DNA of 64,000 bases from Nitrospirota bacterium (GTDB taxonomy: Bacteria; Nitrospirota; UBA9217), in NCBI GenBank assembly GCA_963740085.1, contig CAVUCU010000004.1, forward strand, positions 352,001 through 416,000. Direction: 5' to 3'. The notes beneath the pieces were generated by a model. That model saw only the letters and a program-made list of their open reading frames with translations, was not told the origin of the DNA and made no database searches. The position numbers and the translations under genes are program-made. Shown here in pieces: positions 21,537 through 34,758 of the stretch; positions within the stretch are counted from its first letter, which is position 1, and each line of letters starts with the position of its first letter.

Positions 21537-22433
21537 ATGATTTCAGAAACAGAATTGCAAAAACGTATCGACGCGGCGTTCGACCTCCTCGAATCCTGCC
21601 GCGCCTGCCCCCGCGAATGCGGGGTGAACCGCCTGAAGGATGAAAAAGTCGGATTTTGCCGGTCGGGACTGAATCCGATCATCTCAAGCGTGAGCCCGCA
21701 TCACGGCGAGGAGCCGCCGCTCTCGGGCGCAAGGGGCTCGGGAACGATCTTTTTCGCCAACTGCAACCTGAAGTGCGTGTACTGTCAGAACTATCCGATC
21801 AGCCAGATGGGGAACGGCACAGAGCGGACGATCGGAGAGCTTGCCTGCCAGATGCTCTCTCTGCAGGAGCAAGGTTGTCACAACCTGAACCTGGTGACGC
21901 CGACGCATTTCATGCCGCAGATCCTGAAGGCGCTCGGGATTGCAAGGGAACGCGGCTTCAGACTGCCGATCGTCTATAATACGAGCGGATACGAATCCCT
22001 TGAAGCGCTCCGGTTGCTCGACGGCATTGTCGATATCTATCTTCCGGACATGCGGTACGCCGGCGATGCCGTTGCACTGAAGTATTCCAGCGCCCCGCGC
22101 TATCCGGAGATCAACCGGGCGGCGATCAGGGAAATGTTCAGGCAGGCCGGCAACCTTGTGATCGATGAGAACGGCGTTGCACAGCGGGGCCTGATCGTCC
22201 GTCATCTTGTCCTGCCGGGCGGAACCTCCGGGACCGAGGGCGTCATGAAGTTCCTTGCCGGGGAAGTATCAAAGGACGTTTGCCTCAGTCTCATGTCGCA
22301 ATACTTCCCCGCATACCGCGCCCGGGAGTTCAAGGAGATCGATCGCAGGATCACGCCCGGGGAGTATGAGGCCGCCTGGAAGATCATGCTGAAATACGGT
22401 TTGGAGAACGGTTGGATTCAAAACCTGGAGTAA
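21537..22433 (+). CDS. Radical SAM protein (PflX-like)
   Basis: CRACPRECGVNR, HHGEEP, GSGTIFF.NCNLKCVYCQN and RHLVLPG motifs. Confidence 0.88.
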   Translation: MISETELQKRIDAAFDLLESCRACPRECGVNRLKDEKVGFCRSGLNPIISSVSPHHGEEPPLSGARGSGTIFFANCNLKCVYCQNYPISQMGNGTERTIGELACQMLSLQEQGCHNLNLVTPTHFMPQILKALGIARERGFRLPIVYNTSGYESLEALRLLDGIVDIYLPDMRYAGDAVALKYSSAPRYPEINRAAIREMFRQAGNLVIDENGVAQRGLIVRHLVLPGGTSGTEGVMKFLAGEVSKDVCLSLMSQYFPAYRAREFKEIDRRITPGEYEAAWKIMLKYGLENGWIQNLE

Positions 22434-22522
22434 CAATGCAAAAGTCAAAATGCAAACTGTAAAATGCAAAAGTATTTGAAGTTAAAAATTTTAAATTTGC
22501 ATTTTGCAATTTGCATTATGCA
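22434..22522. repeat. AT-rich heptamer inverted-repeat element
   Basis: (AAAATGC)-type left arm and (TTTGCAT)-type right arm. Confidence 0.75.
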
Positions 22523-22545
22523 ATAAATTGATTTGAGAGGTTTTA

Positions 22546-25835
<3,290 letters not shown>

Positions 25836-25839
<4 letters not shown>

Positions 25840-26318
25840 CGCAAAAGATCCCCATGACCAAAGAGGGCTACGAAAAGCTCAAGCAGGAGCTCGATCATAT
25901 TATCAAGGTAGAGCGCCCCAAGAACATCAGGGACATCGAAGAAGCGCGATCGCACGGGGACATTTCGGAGAACGCCGAGTTCCACGCTGCCAAGGACCGG
26001 CAGGGCATGCTTGACGCGAAGAAGCGCGAACTGGAGCATAAGCTCGTGCATTCCCAGATCATCGATGTCTCGAAGCTTTCGAACGAGAAGGTGGTGTTCG
26101 GCGCGACGGTCACGCTCGCGGACACCGATTCCGGCGACACCAAAAAATACATGCTGGTGGGGCAGGAAGAGGCCGATTTTAAAAAAGGAAAGATATCGAT
26201 CCAGTCCCCTGTCGGCAAGGCGCTGATCGGGCATAAAGTGGGCGATGTGGTGACGATCAAGACCCCGGTCAAGACCGTTGAGTACGAGATACAGGAGATC
26301 GAGATCACCCTTGACTAA
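25836..26318 (+). CDS. greA: Transcription elongation factor GreA
   Basis: [13 protein letters not shown] and [13 protein letters not shown] motifs. Confidence 0.96.
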
Positions 26319-27159
26319 GCTGCACAAGGCATTGATACGCTCGCACGCATCGGTCGGCAGGGGATATTACCGCATCGTGCTCAAGGCGCCGGAGGCAGCA
26401 GCGGCGGCTGTCCCCGGCCAATTTGTGATGCTCAGAGTAACAGAGAACCTGGACCCACTTCTTGCCCGTCCCTTCGGCATATCTTCCGTACTTTCAAAAA
26501 CGTCCATCGAGATACTGTACCGCGTCGCAGGCCGGGGGACAGCACTCCTTACCCGCGCCGAGGCCGGGCAGACGCTCTCACTGCTCGGGCCGTTGGGAAA
26601 AGGGTTCCCGATCCCGGACAGGTCCCTTACGCCCATTTTGATCACCGGAGGGAGCGGCTTTCCTCCACTGCATTATTTGTCCCTTCGCACTAACGGCCGG
26701 GCGCAGGTGTTTATCGGAGCACGGAACAAAGAGTGCCTGCCGCCGGTCTGCGTTCTGAAAAGCCTGCGGGAACATACACACAAGGTGACCATTGCGACCG
26801 AGGATGGGAGCGCGGGGCGACAGGGGATGTCCACGGACATCCTGAATGCGTTCCTGACGAAGGAGGAGCGGAAGACCCATTTTGTGCTCTATGCCTGCGG
26901 CCCTCATGCAATGCTGGCCGCAGTGAGCAGGATCGCCGCGGAACACTCGGTCACCTGTTATGTCTCGACGGAGGAGCGCATGGCCTGCGGATTCGGCGCG
27001 TGCATGGGCTGCTCGGTCCCGATGAAGGCGGGCGGTTACAAACGCGCCTGCAAAGAGGGGCCGGTGTTCGACTCGCGGGAGGTTGATTGGGGAGAGCAGG
27101 TCAGACTGATCAGTCCGATTAGGCCGATTAGGCCGATCAGTCGGATGAATGGTGAATAG
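26311..27159 (+). CDS. pyrK: Dihydroorotate dehydrogenase electron-transfer subunit
   Basis: PGQFVML...RPF, GPLGKGF, ACGP and [14 protein letters not shown]...CKEGPVF motifs; TTG start inferred. Confidence 0.93.
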   Translation: MTKLHKALIRSHASVGRGYYRIVLKAPEAAAAAVPGQFVMLRVTENLDPLLARPFGISSVLSKTSIEILYRVAGRGTALLTRAEAGQTLSLLGPLGKGFPIPDRSLTPILITGGSGFPPLHYLSLRTNGRAQVFIGARNKECLPPVCVLKSLREHTHKVTIATEDGSAGRQGMSTDILNAFLTKEERKTHFVLYACGPHAMLAAVSRIAAEHSVTCYVSTEERMACGFGACMGCSVPMKAGGYKRACKEGPVFDSREVDWGEQVRLISPIRPIRPISRMNGE

Positions 27160-27160
27160 T

Positions 27161-28093
27161 ATGCCAGTCAAAAGCAAAACAAAGCTGGATCTCAGCGTCA
27201 ATTTTGCCGGGATCGAGCTCAAGAACCCGGTGCTCACCGCTTCGGGCACCTTCGGATACGGCGAGGAGTATGCGGAGTTCGTTGACCTGAACAGGCTCGG
27301 CGGCGTGATCGTCAAGGGCGTCTCGCTCAAGCCGATCAGCGGCAACCCATTGCCACGGATCTGGGAGACGCCATCGGGTATGTTGAACGCCATCGGGCTC
27401 GAGAACCCCGGCGTTGACGTGTTCATCGACCGGAAACTCCCGTATCTCAGGCAGTTCGACACCGCGGTGATCGTGAACATCTTCGGCTACAGTCTTGAAG
27501 AGTATGTCGGTGTCACGGAGCGGCTTGACGACGTTCCCGGCGTGTCCGGTCTGGAAGTGAACATCTCATGCCCGAACGTGAAGGCGGGCGGCATCATGTT
27601 CGGCACGAACGCCAAGGCGGCCTTCGAACTTCTTTCGGCGGTCCGGAGGGCCACGAGACTGCCGGTCATCGCAAAGCTTTCACCGAACGTGACCGATATA
27701 ACCGAATTCGCCCGGGTTGCCCGCGACGCGGGATGCGACGGTCTGTCGCTCATCAACACGCTTCTCGGCATGGCCATCGATGTGCGCTGCCGGAAGCCGC
27801 GTCTGGCGAACTGCACCGGCGGCCTGTCCGGTCCGGCCATCCGGCCGGTGGCCGTGCGCATGGTATGGCAAACGGCGAACGCGGTGCCGCTCCCGATCAT
27901 CGGCATGGGCGGCATCGTTACGGGAGAGGACGCGCTCGAATTCATCCTCGCCGGCGCCTCGGCGGTGGCCGTGGGAACGGCGAATTTCATCGATCCCCGG
28001 GCGACGGTCAACGTGATCGAAGGGATCGAGACGTTCATGCGCGAGCAGGGGATACATGATATCAAGGACCTTATCGGCGCGGCGAAAGTCTGA
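27161..28093 (+). CDS. pyrD: Dihydroorotate dehydrogenase (class 1B)
   Basis: [30 protein letters not shown] and [10 protein letters not shown] motifs. Confidence 0.96.
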   Translation: MPVKSKTKLDLSVNFAGIELKNPVLTASGTFGYGEEYAEFVDLNRLGGVIVKGVSLKPISGNPLPRIWETPSGMLNAIGLENPGVDVFIDRKLPYLRQFDTAVIVNIFGYSLEEYVGVTERLDDVPGVSGLEVNISCPNVKAGGIMFGTNAKAAFELLSAVRRATRLPVIAKLSPNVTDITEFARVARDAGCDGLSLINTLLGMAIDVRCRKPRLANCTGGLSGPAIRPVAVRMVWQTANAVPLPIIGMGGIVTGEDALEFILAGASAVAVGTANFIDPRATVNVIEGIETFMREQGIHDIKDLIGAAKV

Positions 28094-28382
28094 CCTGGAA
28101 AGACCGTTTAGAAACGGAAACGTCGGATTTGAAATATGATAAAAGCGGTGAGTTTTGATAAACTTGCAACAAATCGTTTTTTAACCGCTGAGACGCTGAG
28201 GCGCAGAGAAAAGTTTTTTAATTTATTTTCAATATGCACTTCTCCGTGTCTCTGCGGTAGATTATGACTTTTTTAAGCGATCATTAATATTCGCTAAAAT
28301 CCGGGTTTATCCGACTCTTATCCGCATGTATCCGTGGCAAAGGTTGTTTCTGCGATCAAACATTTAATGGTGACTGTTTGCC

Positions 28383-29264
28383 ATGGAAGAAACACTTCTC
28401 GCGAACTTTCTCAATTACCTGGCTGTGGAAAAGGGGCTTGCGCGGAACACGCTGGAGTCCTATGAGCGGGACCTGCGCAAGTATCTCTTCTTTATGAGAG
28501 CCAAAGACCCCGACAATATCACCCGGCCCGATGTGGTTTCGTTCATGGCCCATCTTTCATCGGAGGGCATCTCCACCCCATCCGCCGCCCGGTGCCTTGC
28601 CGCGGTCAGAGGCTTCCACAAGTATCTCATGACCGACGAACACGCGCGCGTCGATCCTACCGAGAACATCGAGACGCCGCGGGGTTGGAAACGCCTGCCC
28701 AAGACCCTCTCCACTGACGATGTTGACGCGCTTCTCGGACAACCCGATCCCGTCACACTTCTCGGGCTTCGCGACAAGGCCATGCTTGAATTGCTCTATG
28801 CCACCGGCCTTCGCGTGAGCGAGCTGGTGGGGCTCAAGCTGCGCGATATAAATCTAGAACGGGGCTATCTGGTCGTGATGGGGAAGGGATCGAAGGAGCG
28901 CGCCGTGCCCATGGGCGAGGTCGCCATGGCCGCGATCTCCCGGTATCTCACGGGCGGGCGCGCTGCACTGTTGAAAGGCAGGGATGCCGACCATTTATTC
29001 ATCAGTTCGAGGCGCAGGGGAATGTCCCGTCAGATGTTCTGGATCCGGATCAAACACTACGCGGTAAAGGCGGGCATCAGCGGAACGATCTCTCCACATA
29101 CGCTGCGCCACTCCTTTGCGACGCATATGCTTGATAACGGCGCAGACCTGCGGGCGGTGCAGGCCATGCTCGGCCATTCCGATATTTCCACGACGCAGAT
29201 CTATACGCACGTTTCCCGGGAACGGCTCAAGAAGGTGCACGAGAAGTATCATCCGAGAGGATGA
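28383..29264 (+). CDS. xerD: Site-specific tyrosine recombinase XerD
   Basis: EKGLARNTLESYERDL, LYATGLRVSEL, SPHTLRHSFATH and LGHSDISTTQIYTHV motifs. Confidence 0.93.
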   Translation: MEETLLANFLNYLAVEKGLARNTLESYERDLRKYLFFMRAKDPDNITRPDVVSFMAHLSSEGISTPSAARCLAAVRGFHKYLMTDEHARVDPTENIETPRGWKRLPKTLSTDDVDALLGQPDPVTLLGLRDKAMLELLYATGLRVSELVGLKLRDINLERGYLVVMGKGSKERAVPMGEVAMAAISRYLTGGRAALLKGRDADHLFISSRRRGMSRQMFWIRIKHYAVKAGISGTISPHTLRHSFATHMLDNGADLRAVQAMLGHSDISTTQIYTHVSRERLKKVHEKYHPRG

Positions 29265-29326
29265 ACGAGTCTATAGAGTCTAAAGAGTTCATAGAGTCTA
29301 AAGAGTCTGACGAGTTGCCGAAATCT

Positions 29327-31948
29327 ATGGAAATCATAACCAGTCATACGAACGCTGATTTCGACGCCCTGGCCTCCATGGTCGCGGCAAAGAAGCTCTA
29401 TCCCGGGGCCCGGCTTGTCTTTCCCGGGTCCCAGGAAAAGAGCATGCGGGATTTTTTTCTCCAGTCGGCGTTGTACGCGCTCGAGGTCGACCGTCTCAGG
29501 AACATCGATGTGGACGGCATAACCGGGCTTATCATTGTTGATAACCGGAATCCCTCGCGTCTCGGAAAGCTCGCGGACGCACTGAAGCGCCCCGGTGTGA
29601 AGGTGTCAATTTACGATCATCACCCGCCGACGGCCGGCGATATCAGGGGAGAACTCGAGGTCGTGGACGAGATCGGGGCGACGACCACCATCATGGTGGA
29701 ACTGCTGAAACAGAAGAACATCCCGATCACGCCTCTCGAAGCGACCATCTTCGCCCTCGGCATTTATGAAGAGACCGGCTCGCTCACCTTCGTGTCCACC
29801 ACGGAGAGGGACGCGCTGGCAGTCGCTTACCTCATCTCGCAGGGGGCCCAGCTCAACATCGTCGCCGATTTCATCTCCCGCGAGCTGACCGTTGAACAGG
29901 TCGCGATCCTGAACAACCTGATCGAATACGCAAAAAGCTACGACATAAACGGCGTACAGGTGGTGATCACGACGCTGGCGGTCCCGCATTATATTCCCGA
30001 CCTCGCGGTACTCGCGCATAAGATCAGGGACATGGAGGGCCTCGATGTGCTCTTTCTCGTGGTCCAGATGGCCGACAAGACGCATGTGATCGCACGCAGC
30101 AGGGTCCCCCAGGTGAATGTCGGCGTGGTGGTCGGGGAACTGGGCGGCGGCGGACACGCCACCGCGGCATCGGCGGTGGTCAGGAACATGACGCTCGTCC
30201 AGACCACGGAGCGCCTGATCGAATTCCTCAAACAGCATATCAAGCCCGGACAGGTGGCGAGAGAGGTCATGTCCACTCCGGTCAAGACCGTCCCGTCAGG
30301 CAGTACGATCGCCGAGGCGGGCGAGGCCATGACGAGGTTCGGTGTGAACGTGCTGCCGATCATGGCCGATGGCAAGTTCCTCGGCATCATCACCCGCGAG
30401 GTCGTGCAGAAGGCGCTCTTCCACAACCTGGGGAAAAAGAAGGTCAAGGAATTCATGACCACCGGCGGTCCGATCGCGTCTCCCGACATGCCCATGGGAC
30501 TGCTGGAGAAGATCATGATCGAGGAGCACCAACGCTTTCTCCCGGTCCTCGACGAGAACAGCACGCTCGTCGGAGCGATCACGCGCACCGACCTCCTGCG
30601 GTCCCTCCACGAAGAGCGTCTGGACGAGGTGACCGGGAACGAAGCGATCATGCTCCGTTCCACCAGGAATGTTCAGGGTTTGATCGAGGAGCGCGTCCCT
30701 CCTGACGTACGAGAAGCGTTCAGACTGGTCGGCGAAGTAGCCGACGAGGCGGGCTTCCCGGTGTACCTCGTGGGCGGCATCGTGCGCGACCTGTTCCTGC
30801 GGGTCGCGAACCTGGATATCGATATTGTGGTCGAGGGCGACGGCATCGTCTTCGCGGGCATGCTCGTGAAGCGCGCCGGCGGGCACATGAAGACCCATCT
30901 CAAATTCGGAACCGCCGTCGTCGTGCTGCCGAACGGGCTGAAGCTTGACATTGCCACAGCCCGGCTCGAGTACTACGAATCACCCGCGGCCCTGCCCACC
31001 GTGGAGTTGTCCTCCATCAAAAAGGACCTCTACCGGCGCGACTTTACGATCAATACGCTCGCGGTGCGGCTGAACCGGAAACGAATGGGAGAGCTGATCG
31101 ACTTCTTCGGCGGCCTGCGCGACATCAAGGCGAAGACGATCCGCGTGCTGCACAGTCTCTCGTTCGTCGAAGATCCCACACGCGTGCTGCGTGCCCTCCG
31201 TTTCGAACAGCGGTTCGATCTCAAACTCGGCAAACATACCGAGAACCTGATCAAGAGCGCCGTGAACATGAAGCTCTTCGACCGGCTGACCGGCAAGCGG
31301 ATGCATGCGGAACTCGTCCTCCTGTTCTCCGAGGCCGAACCGCTGAAGCTCCTCAAACGCATGAAGCACTTCGATCTGTTGAAGTTCCTCCATCCCGAGC
31401 TGAAGGCCACGACTGAAACGGACCGTCTCTTTACCGGGATCGGCGAGACGTTCACCTGGTTCAGGCTTTTGTACCTGGACCTCGCGGTCGAGACATGGTT
31501 TGTGTACTTTCTGGGGCTGCTCGACCGGATGAAGGACAAGGCTGTGGATGAGATGCTCGAACGCTTATCGGTCCCGCTCAGGACACGGGAACGGGTGCGG
31601 CATTCACGGAAGCGGTACCGCGAGGTGCTCGCCGCGTTTTACAAGGAACCAAAGCTCGCACCCAGCCGCATCTATGACCTTCTCGCAGCCCTTGATATTG
31701 AGTCGCTTTTGTTGATGATGGCAAAGGCAAAACAGGAAAAGGCCAAGAAGTATATTTCTCTGTATCTTACGCGCCTTCGTACGATCAAGGTTGAGCTGAG
31801 CGGAGACGATCTTAAAAAGATGGGGATCCCGCCCGGACCGCGGTATAAAAAGATCCTCGCGGAGCTTCTGGACGCAAAGCTGGACGGACTGGTGCATAAC
31901 CGCGATGAGGAGATGGAGTTCGTGAGGAAGGGGAGCGGGGGGAAGTAA
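29327..31948 (+). CDS. DHH-CBS-fused tRNA nucleotidyltransferase (probably A-adding type)
   Basis: HTNADFD/DHH/GGGGH DHH-DHHA1 region; CBS pair; VGGIVRD..DIDI, RRDFTIN and EDPTRVLR motifs; alternative start 29261 includes a repeat. Confidence 0.88.
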   Translation: MEIITSHTNADFDALASMVAAKKLYPGARLVFPGSQEKSMRDFFLQSALYALEVDRLRNIDVDGITGLIIVDNRNPSRLGKLADALKRPGVKVSIYDHHPPTAGDIRGELEVVDEIGATTTIMVELLKQKNIPITPLEATIFALGIYEETGSLTFVSTTERDALAVAYLISQGAQLNIVADFISRELTVEQVAILNNLIEYAKSYDINGVQVVITTLAVPHYIPDLAVLAHKIRDMEGLDVLFLVVQMADKTHVIARSRVPQVNVGVVVGELGGGGHATAASAVVRNMTLVQTTERLIEFLKQHIKPGQVAREVMSTPVKTVPSGSTIAEAGEAMTRFGVNVLPIMADGKFLGIITREVVQKALFHNLGKKKVKEFMTTGGPIASPDMPMGLLEKIMIEEHQRFLPVLDENSTLVGAITRTDLLRSLHEERLDEVTGNEAIMLRSTRNVQGLIEERVPPDVREAFRLVGEVADEAGFPVYLVGGIVRDLFLRVANLDIDIVVEGDGIVFAGMLVKRAGGHMKTHLKFGTAVVVLPNGLKLDIATARLEYYESPAALPTVELSSIKKDLYRRDFTINTLAVRLNRKRMGELIDFFGGLRDIKAKTIRVLHSLSFVEDPTRVLRALRFEQRFDLKLGKHTENLIKSAVNMKLFDRLTGKRMHAELVLLFSEAEPLKLLKRMKHFDLLKFLHPELKATTETDRLFTGIGETFTWFRLLYLDLAVETWFVYFLGLLDRMKDKAVDEMLERLSVPLRTRERVRHSRKRYREVLAAFYKEPKLAPSRIYDLLAALDIESLLLMMAKAKQEKAKKYISLYLTRLRTIKVELSGDDLKKMGIPPGPRYKKILAELLDAKLDGLVHNRDEEMEFVRKGSGGK

Positions 31949-32004
31949 AGGAACGCGGAGTTAAGGCGGCGCCGAAGGCGTCCGCTTTAAACGAATTGTT
32001 ATGT
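31948..32004 (-). mobile_element. Integron attC site (57 bp)
   Basis: Minus strand ACATAAC (R'') AATTCG TTTAAAGCGG ACGCCTTCGGCG CCGCCTTAA CTCCGC GTT (R'); imperfect palindrome just after the stop of the cassette gene. Confidence 0.8.
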
Positions 32005-32016
32005 GCCCGACGCATG

Positions 32017-32466
32017 TTATCCGCGGCGTACGGCCAAAAACACGCCGACCGACATCAGAATGAGACCGATAGACCTCTGAAAAGTGATGGCATGCGTTGG
32101 GGCACCCATCAGCCCGAATTGATCTATGGCCGCCATGGATATGACCTGGCCTAGAAGTACAAAAGCCACAGCATTTCCGACACCGAATTGTGGGGCTACC
32201 CAGGTGACGCTGAGGACGTAAAAGGCTACGAACACACCACCTAAGTAGAAATAGAACGGCAGCGCTGTTTTCGGGAATGGCCTCAGGCCACCCTCTACAG
32301 CGAAAAGGAAAGCAACCGAAATAGACAGCGCTACCAGAAACAAGACAGAGGCAGCGAACGCTGGGCTTCCGTACTTAGTGCCCAAAGTTGCGCTCAGCGC
32401 TGCCATAACAGGGATACCAATGCCTGCAGCAAGCATGAGACATGAGAAAAAAAGATGGTTTGCCAT
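32017..32466 (-). CDS. DMT-superfamily (YdcZ-like) membrane protein carried as a gene cassette
   Basis: Five hydrophobic segments; YLGGVFVAFYV, GQVISMAAIDQFGLMG motifs; GAGGAG RBS; bounded by GTTATGC upstream and attC downstream. Confidence 0.85.
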   Translation of the reverse strand: MANHLFFSCLMLAAGIGIPVMAALSATLGTKYGSPAFAASVLFLVALSISVAFLFAVEGGLRPFPKTALPFYFYLGGVFVAFYVLSVTWVAPQFGVGNAVAFVLLGQVISMAAIDQFGLMGAPTHAITFQRSIGLILMSVGVFLAVRRG

Positions 32467-32522
32467 AAGCTAAGTCTCCTCGGGTTAAGAAGGCGCATAA
32501 CAATATATTGAGCAGATACCGG

Positions 32523-32551
32523 AGTTTATCACGATTATTTCACCTGGTCAA
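32523..32551 (-). promoter_or_regulatory. Pc-like promoter facing the cassette
   Basis: TTGACC-17 nt-TAAACT, 21 nt upstream of the GTTATGC crossover site. Confidence 0.6.
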
Positions 32552-32711
32552 TAAACTTGAAATAAAATCCTGACGCGAATACAAATTTATCAAATAGTTG
32601 CGTGGTTGGAATATATTCGGTTTTGCATGTTGAACAGTTTCCTCTCAATACCCCATTCTCCCTATCCCCAAAGACATTTCCGCTAGATATCAAGCCGTCC
32701 TCGAACAGTTT

Positions 32712-32785
32712 GCAGGTCGGGTCGCGTTTTATGACCCGACAGTTCTCTAACCATGTCGGGCTTCGCTTCGCTCTACCTGATCTGC
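32712..32785. repeat. REP-like palindromic doublet
   Basis: GCAGGTCGGGT..ACCCGAC..GTCGGGCTTCGCTTCGCTCTACCTGATCTGC. Confidence 0.65.
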
Positions 32786-32860
32786 TAACTGGATGCGAAG
32801 CTGGGCCGCTGAAATAAAATAATGCTATACTCTATAGAAAAAGTCTCCAGGAGGTGCTCG

Positions 32861-33346
32861 ATGAAAAAATTCATGTTTGTCGTCTTATGTGTGTTGCTGG
32901 CAGCCGCCAACGCATTTGCGGCGCCGGCCGCGACGGTGAAGTCGCTGAGCGGTCTTAAGCAGGTGAAGATCGTGGTTGATGTCAATGTCGGCAGTCCCAA
33001 AATGCTTCTGTCGCGGATGGATCTTCTTGATAAGACGTACCGGCAGTTGGCGGCGGCAGGGATGAAACCGGTCGTTGTCGTGGCTTTTCGCGGCAGGGCC
33101 AGTCTCTTCATAACCAAAGGCGACGGTTATGTTGCCGAGGATGAGAAGGGGGCCAAGCTCGAAATGAAGTCATGGATCGAACGATTCAAACAGGAAGGGT
33201 TTACCATTGAACAGTGCTCCCTAGCAGCAGGGTTTCTCAAAATTAATCTGAAGGATTTCCTCCCGCAGGTTGAGGTCGTGGAAAACGGCTATGTCTCATT
33301 GATCGGGTATCAGCAGCAGGGATATGCGTATCTCCCAATGGACTGA
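32861..33346 (+). CDS. Secreted DsrE-like protein
   Basis: Signal peptide; VVAFRGRA, EQC and NGYVSLIGYQQQGYAYLP motifs. Confidence 0.7.
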   Translation: MKKFMFVVLCVLLAAANAFAAPAATVKSLSGLKQVKIVVDVNVGSPKMLLSRMDLLDKTYRQLAAAGMKPVVVVAFRGRASLFITKGDGYVAEDEKGAKLEMKSWIERFKQEGFTIEQCSLAAGFLKINLKDFLPQVEVVENGYVSLIGYQQQGYAYLPMD

Positions 33347-33394
33347 TCCGACTTTCTCAATCCTGACCCACAAATTGACGAGCGGGGGTATCAC

Positions 33395-34423
33395 ATGAAG
33401 GCCATGGTTCTCACACAGATTACCTCCCTAGCTGAATACCGGGCTCCTCTCGATCTTGTCGACATGCCCATCCCTGTTCCAAAAGAGCATGAAATACTGC
33501 TGAAGGTTTCGGTCTGCGGCGTGTGCCACACGGAGCTGGACGAAATAGAAGGACGGACGCCGCCGTCTCAATTCCCGATCATACTTGGGCATCAGGTCGT
33601 CGGGCGTGTTGTGAAACAGGGGCCCGGAGCAAGCAGATGGAAAACAGGTGATCGTGCGGGGATCGCCTGGATCCATTCTGCCTGCGGCGTGTGCGATTTC
33701 TGCAAGTCAGGCAGGGAGAACCTTTGTGACGACTTCAAGGCCACCGGCAGGGATGCTCATGGAGGGTACGCGGAATATACTGCGGTTCACGAGAATTTTG
33801 CTTACCCCATACCTGAATCGCTGTCCGATGCAGAGGCGGCACCGCTCCTGTGCGCGGGAGCCATCGGCTATCGGTCTCTTCGTCTCGCCACGATGTACGA
33901 TGGGAACAACCTGGGACTCACAGGCTTCGGGGCCTCGGCGCACCTTGTGCTGAAGATGGCCAAACACCTCTACCCGAATTCAAAGGTGTTCGTCTTCTCC
34001 CGCACCGAGGGGGAAAGGGCCTTCGCACGGGAACTGGGCGCTGTCTGGGCCGGCGGTACTGAAGAACCCTCACCGGAAAAGCTGCACGCCGTAATCGACA
34101 CGACCCCTGCCTGGAGGCCCGTGGTCGGGGCGATGCGGAACCTCGAGAAGGGCGGGCGTCTCGTGATCAATGCTATCCGGAAAGAGGAAGGGGACAAGGA
34201 GGCGTTGCTTGAGCTTGATTATTCACGCGATCTCTGGATGGAGAAAGAGATCAAGAGCGTTGCGAACATCACGAGAAAAGATGTCGAAGATTTTCTGAAT
34301 CTGGCCGCGGAGATCCCGATCAGACCGGAGATCCAGGAGTATACCCTTGAAGATGCAAATACGGCCCTCATGGAACTGAAGGAGCGCAAGGTCAGGGGCG
34401 CGAAGGTACTGCGTATTTTCTGA
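33395..34423 (+). CDS. Zinc-dependent alcohol dehydrogenase family protein
   Basis: CGVCHTELD, LGHQVVG, CGVCDFC...C, APLLCAG and GFGASA motifs. Confidence 0.93.
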   Translation: MKAMVLTQITSLAEYRAPLDLVDMPIPVPKEHEILLKVSVCGVCHTELDEIEGRTPPSQFPIILGHQVVGRVVKQGPGASRWKTGDRAGIAWIHSACGVCDFCKSGRENLCDDFKATGRDAHGGYAEYTAVHENFAYPIPESLSDAEAAPLLCAGAIGYRSLRLATMYDGNNLGLTGFGASAHLVLKMAKHLYPNSKVFVFSRTEGERAFARELGAVWAGGTEEPSPEKLHAVIDTTPAWRPVVGAMRNLEKGGRLVINAIRKEEGDKEALLELDYSRDLWMEKEIKSVANITRKDVEDFLNLAAEIPIRPEIQEYTLEDANTALMELKERKVRGAKVLRIF

Positions 34424-34715
34424 AACATCGATCTATCAACGAATGTATGTATGTAAATCTCTCCCCATCAAAGTCGGCTCTTTGCCGATAGCGCACGATT
34501 TTTTCTTTTTTCTGCACCCCGGTTCACAATCCGCGCAGGCATGCCTTGCTGGTTCTGTTGACAAGCTTTTTCGAGTATCGCAGCGCTTCCCCTCGCCATG
34601 CAAACGGGCTCGGCCGCGTCTGCCTGGTTTTGTGATGGAATCGTTGATGACTGCATCCGCATGCTTGTGCGCGGGCTGTTCACGGGATGCAGGGGCCTCT
34701 GAACAGCGGGAATCC

Positions 34716-34751
34716 GAACCCTGGAACCCTGAACCCTGAACCCTGAACCCC
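34716..34751. repeat. (GAACCCT)n heptamer tandem repeat
   Basis: About five copies immediately downstream of the sbtM stop. Confidence 0.85.
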
Positions 34752-34758
34752 GACGGCA

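Noticed and set aside
28383-29264. XerD as the integron integrase for the nearby cassette
   Set aside because: Typical XerD length and motifs; no IntI-specific insertion evident; sits in a housekeeping operon
34430-34715. Possible ncRNA or small gene between adh and sbtM
   Set aside because: Short ORFs without motifs or RBS and no RNA family I can recognise; an Rfam scan would be needed
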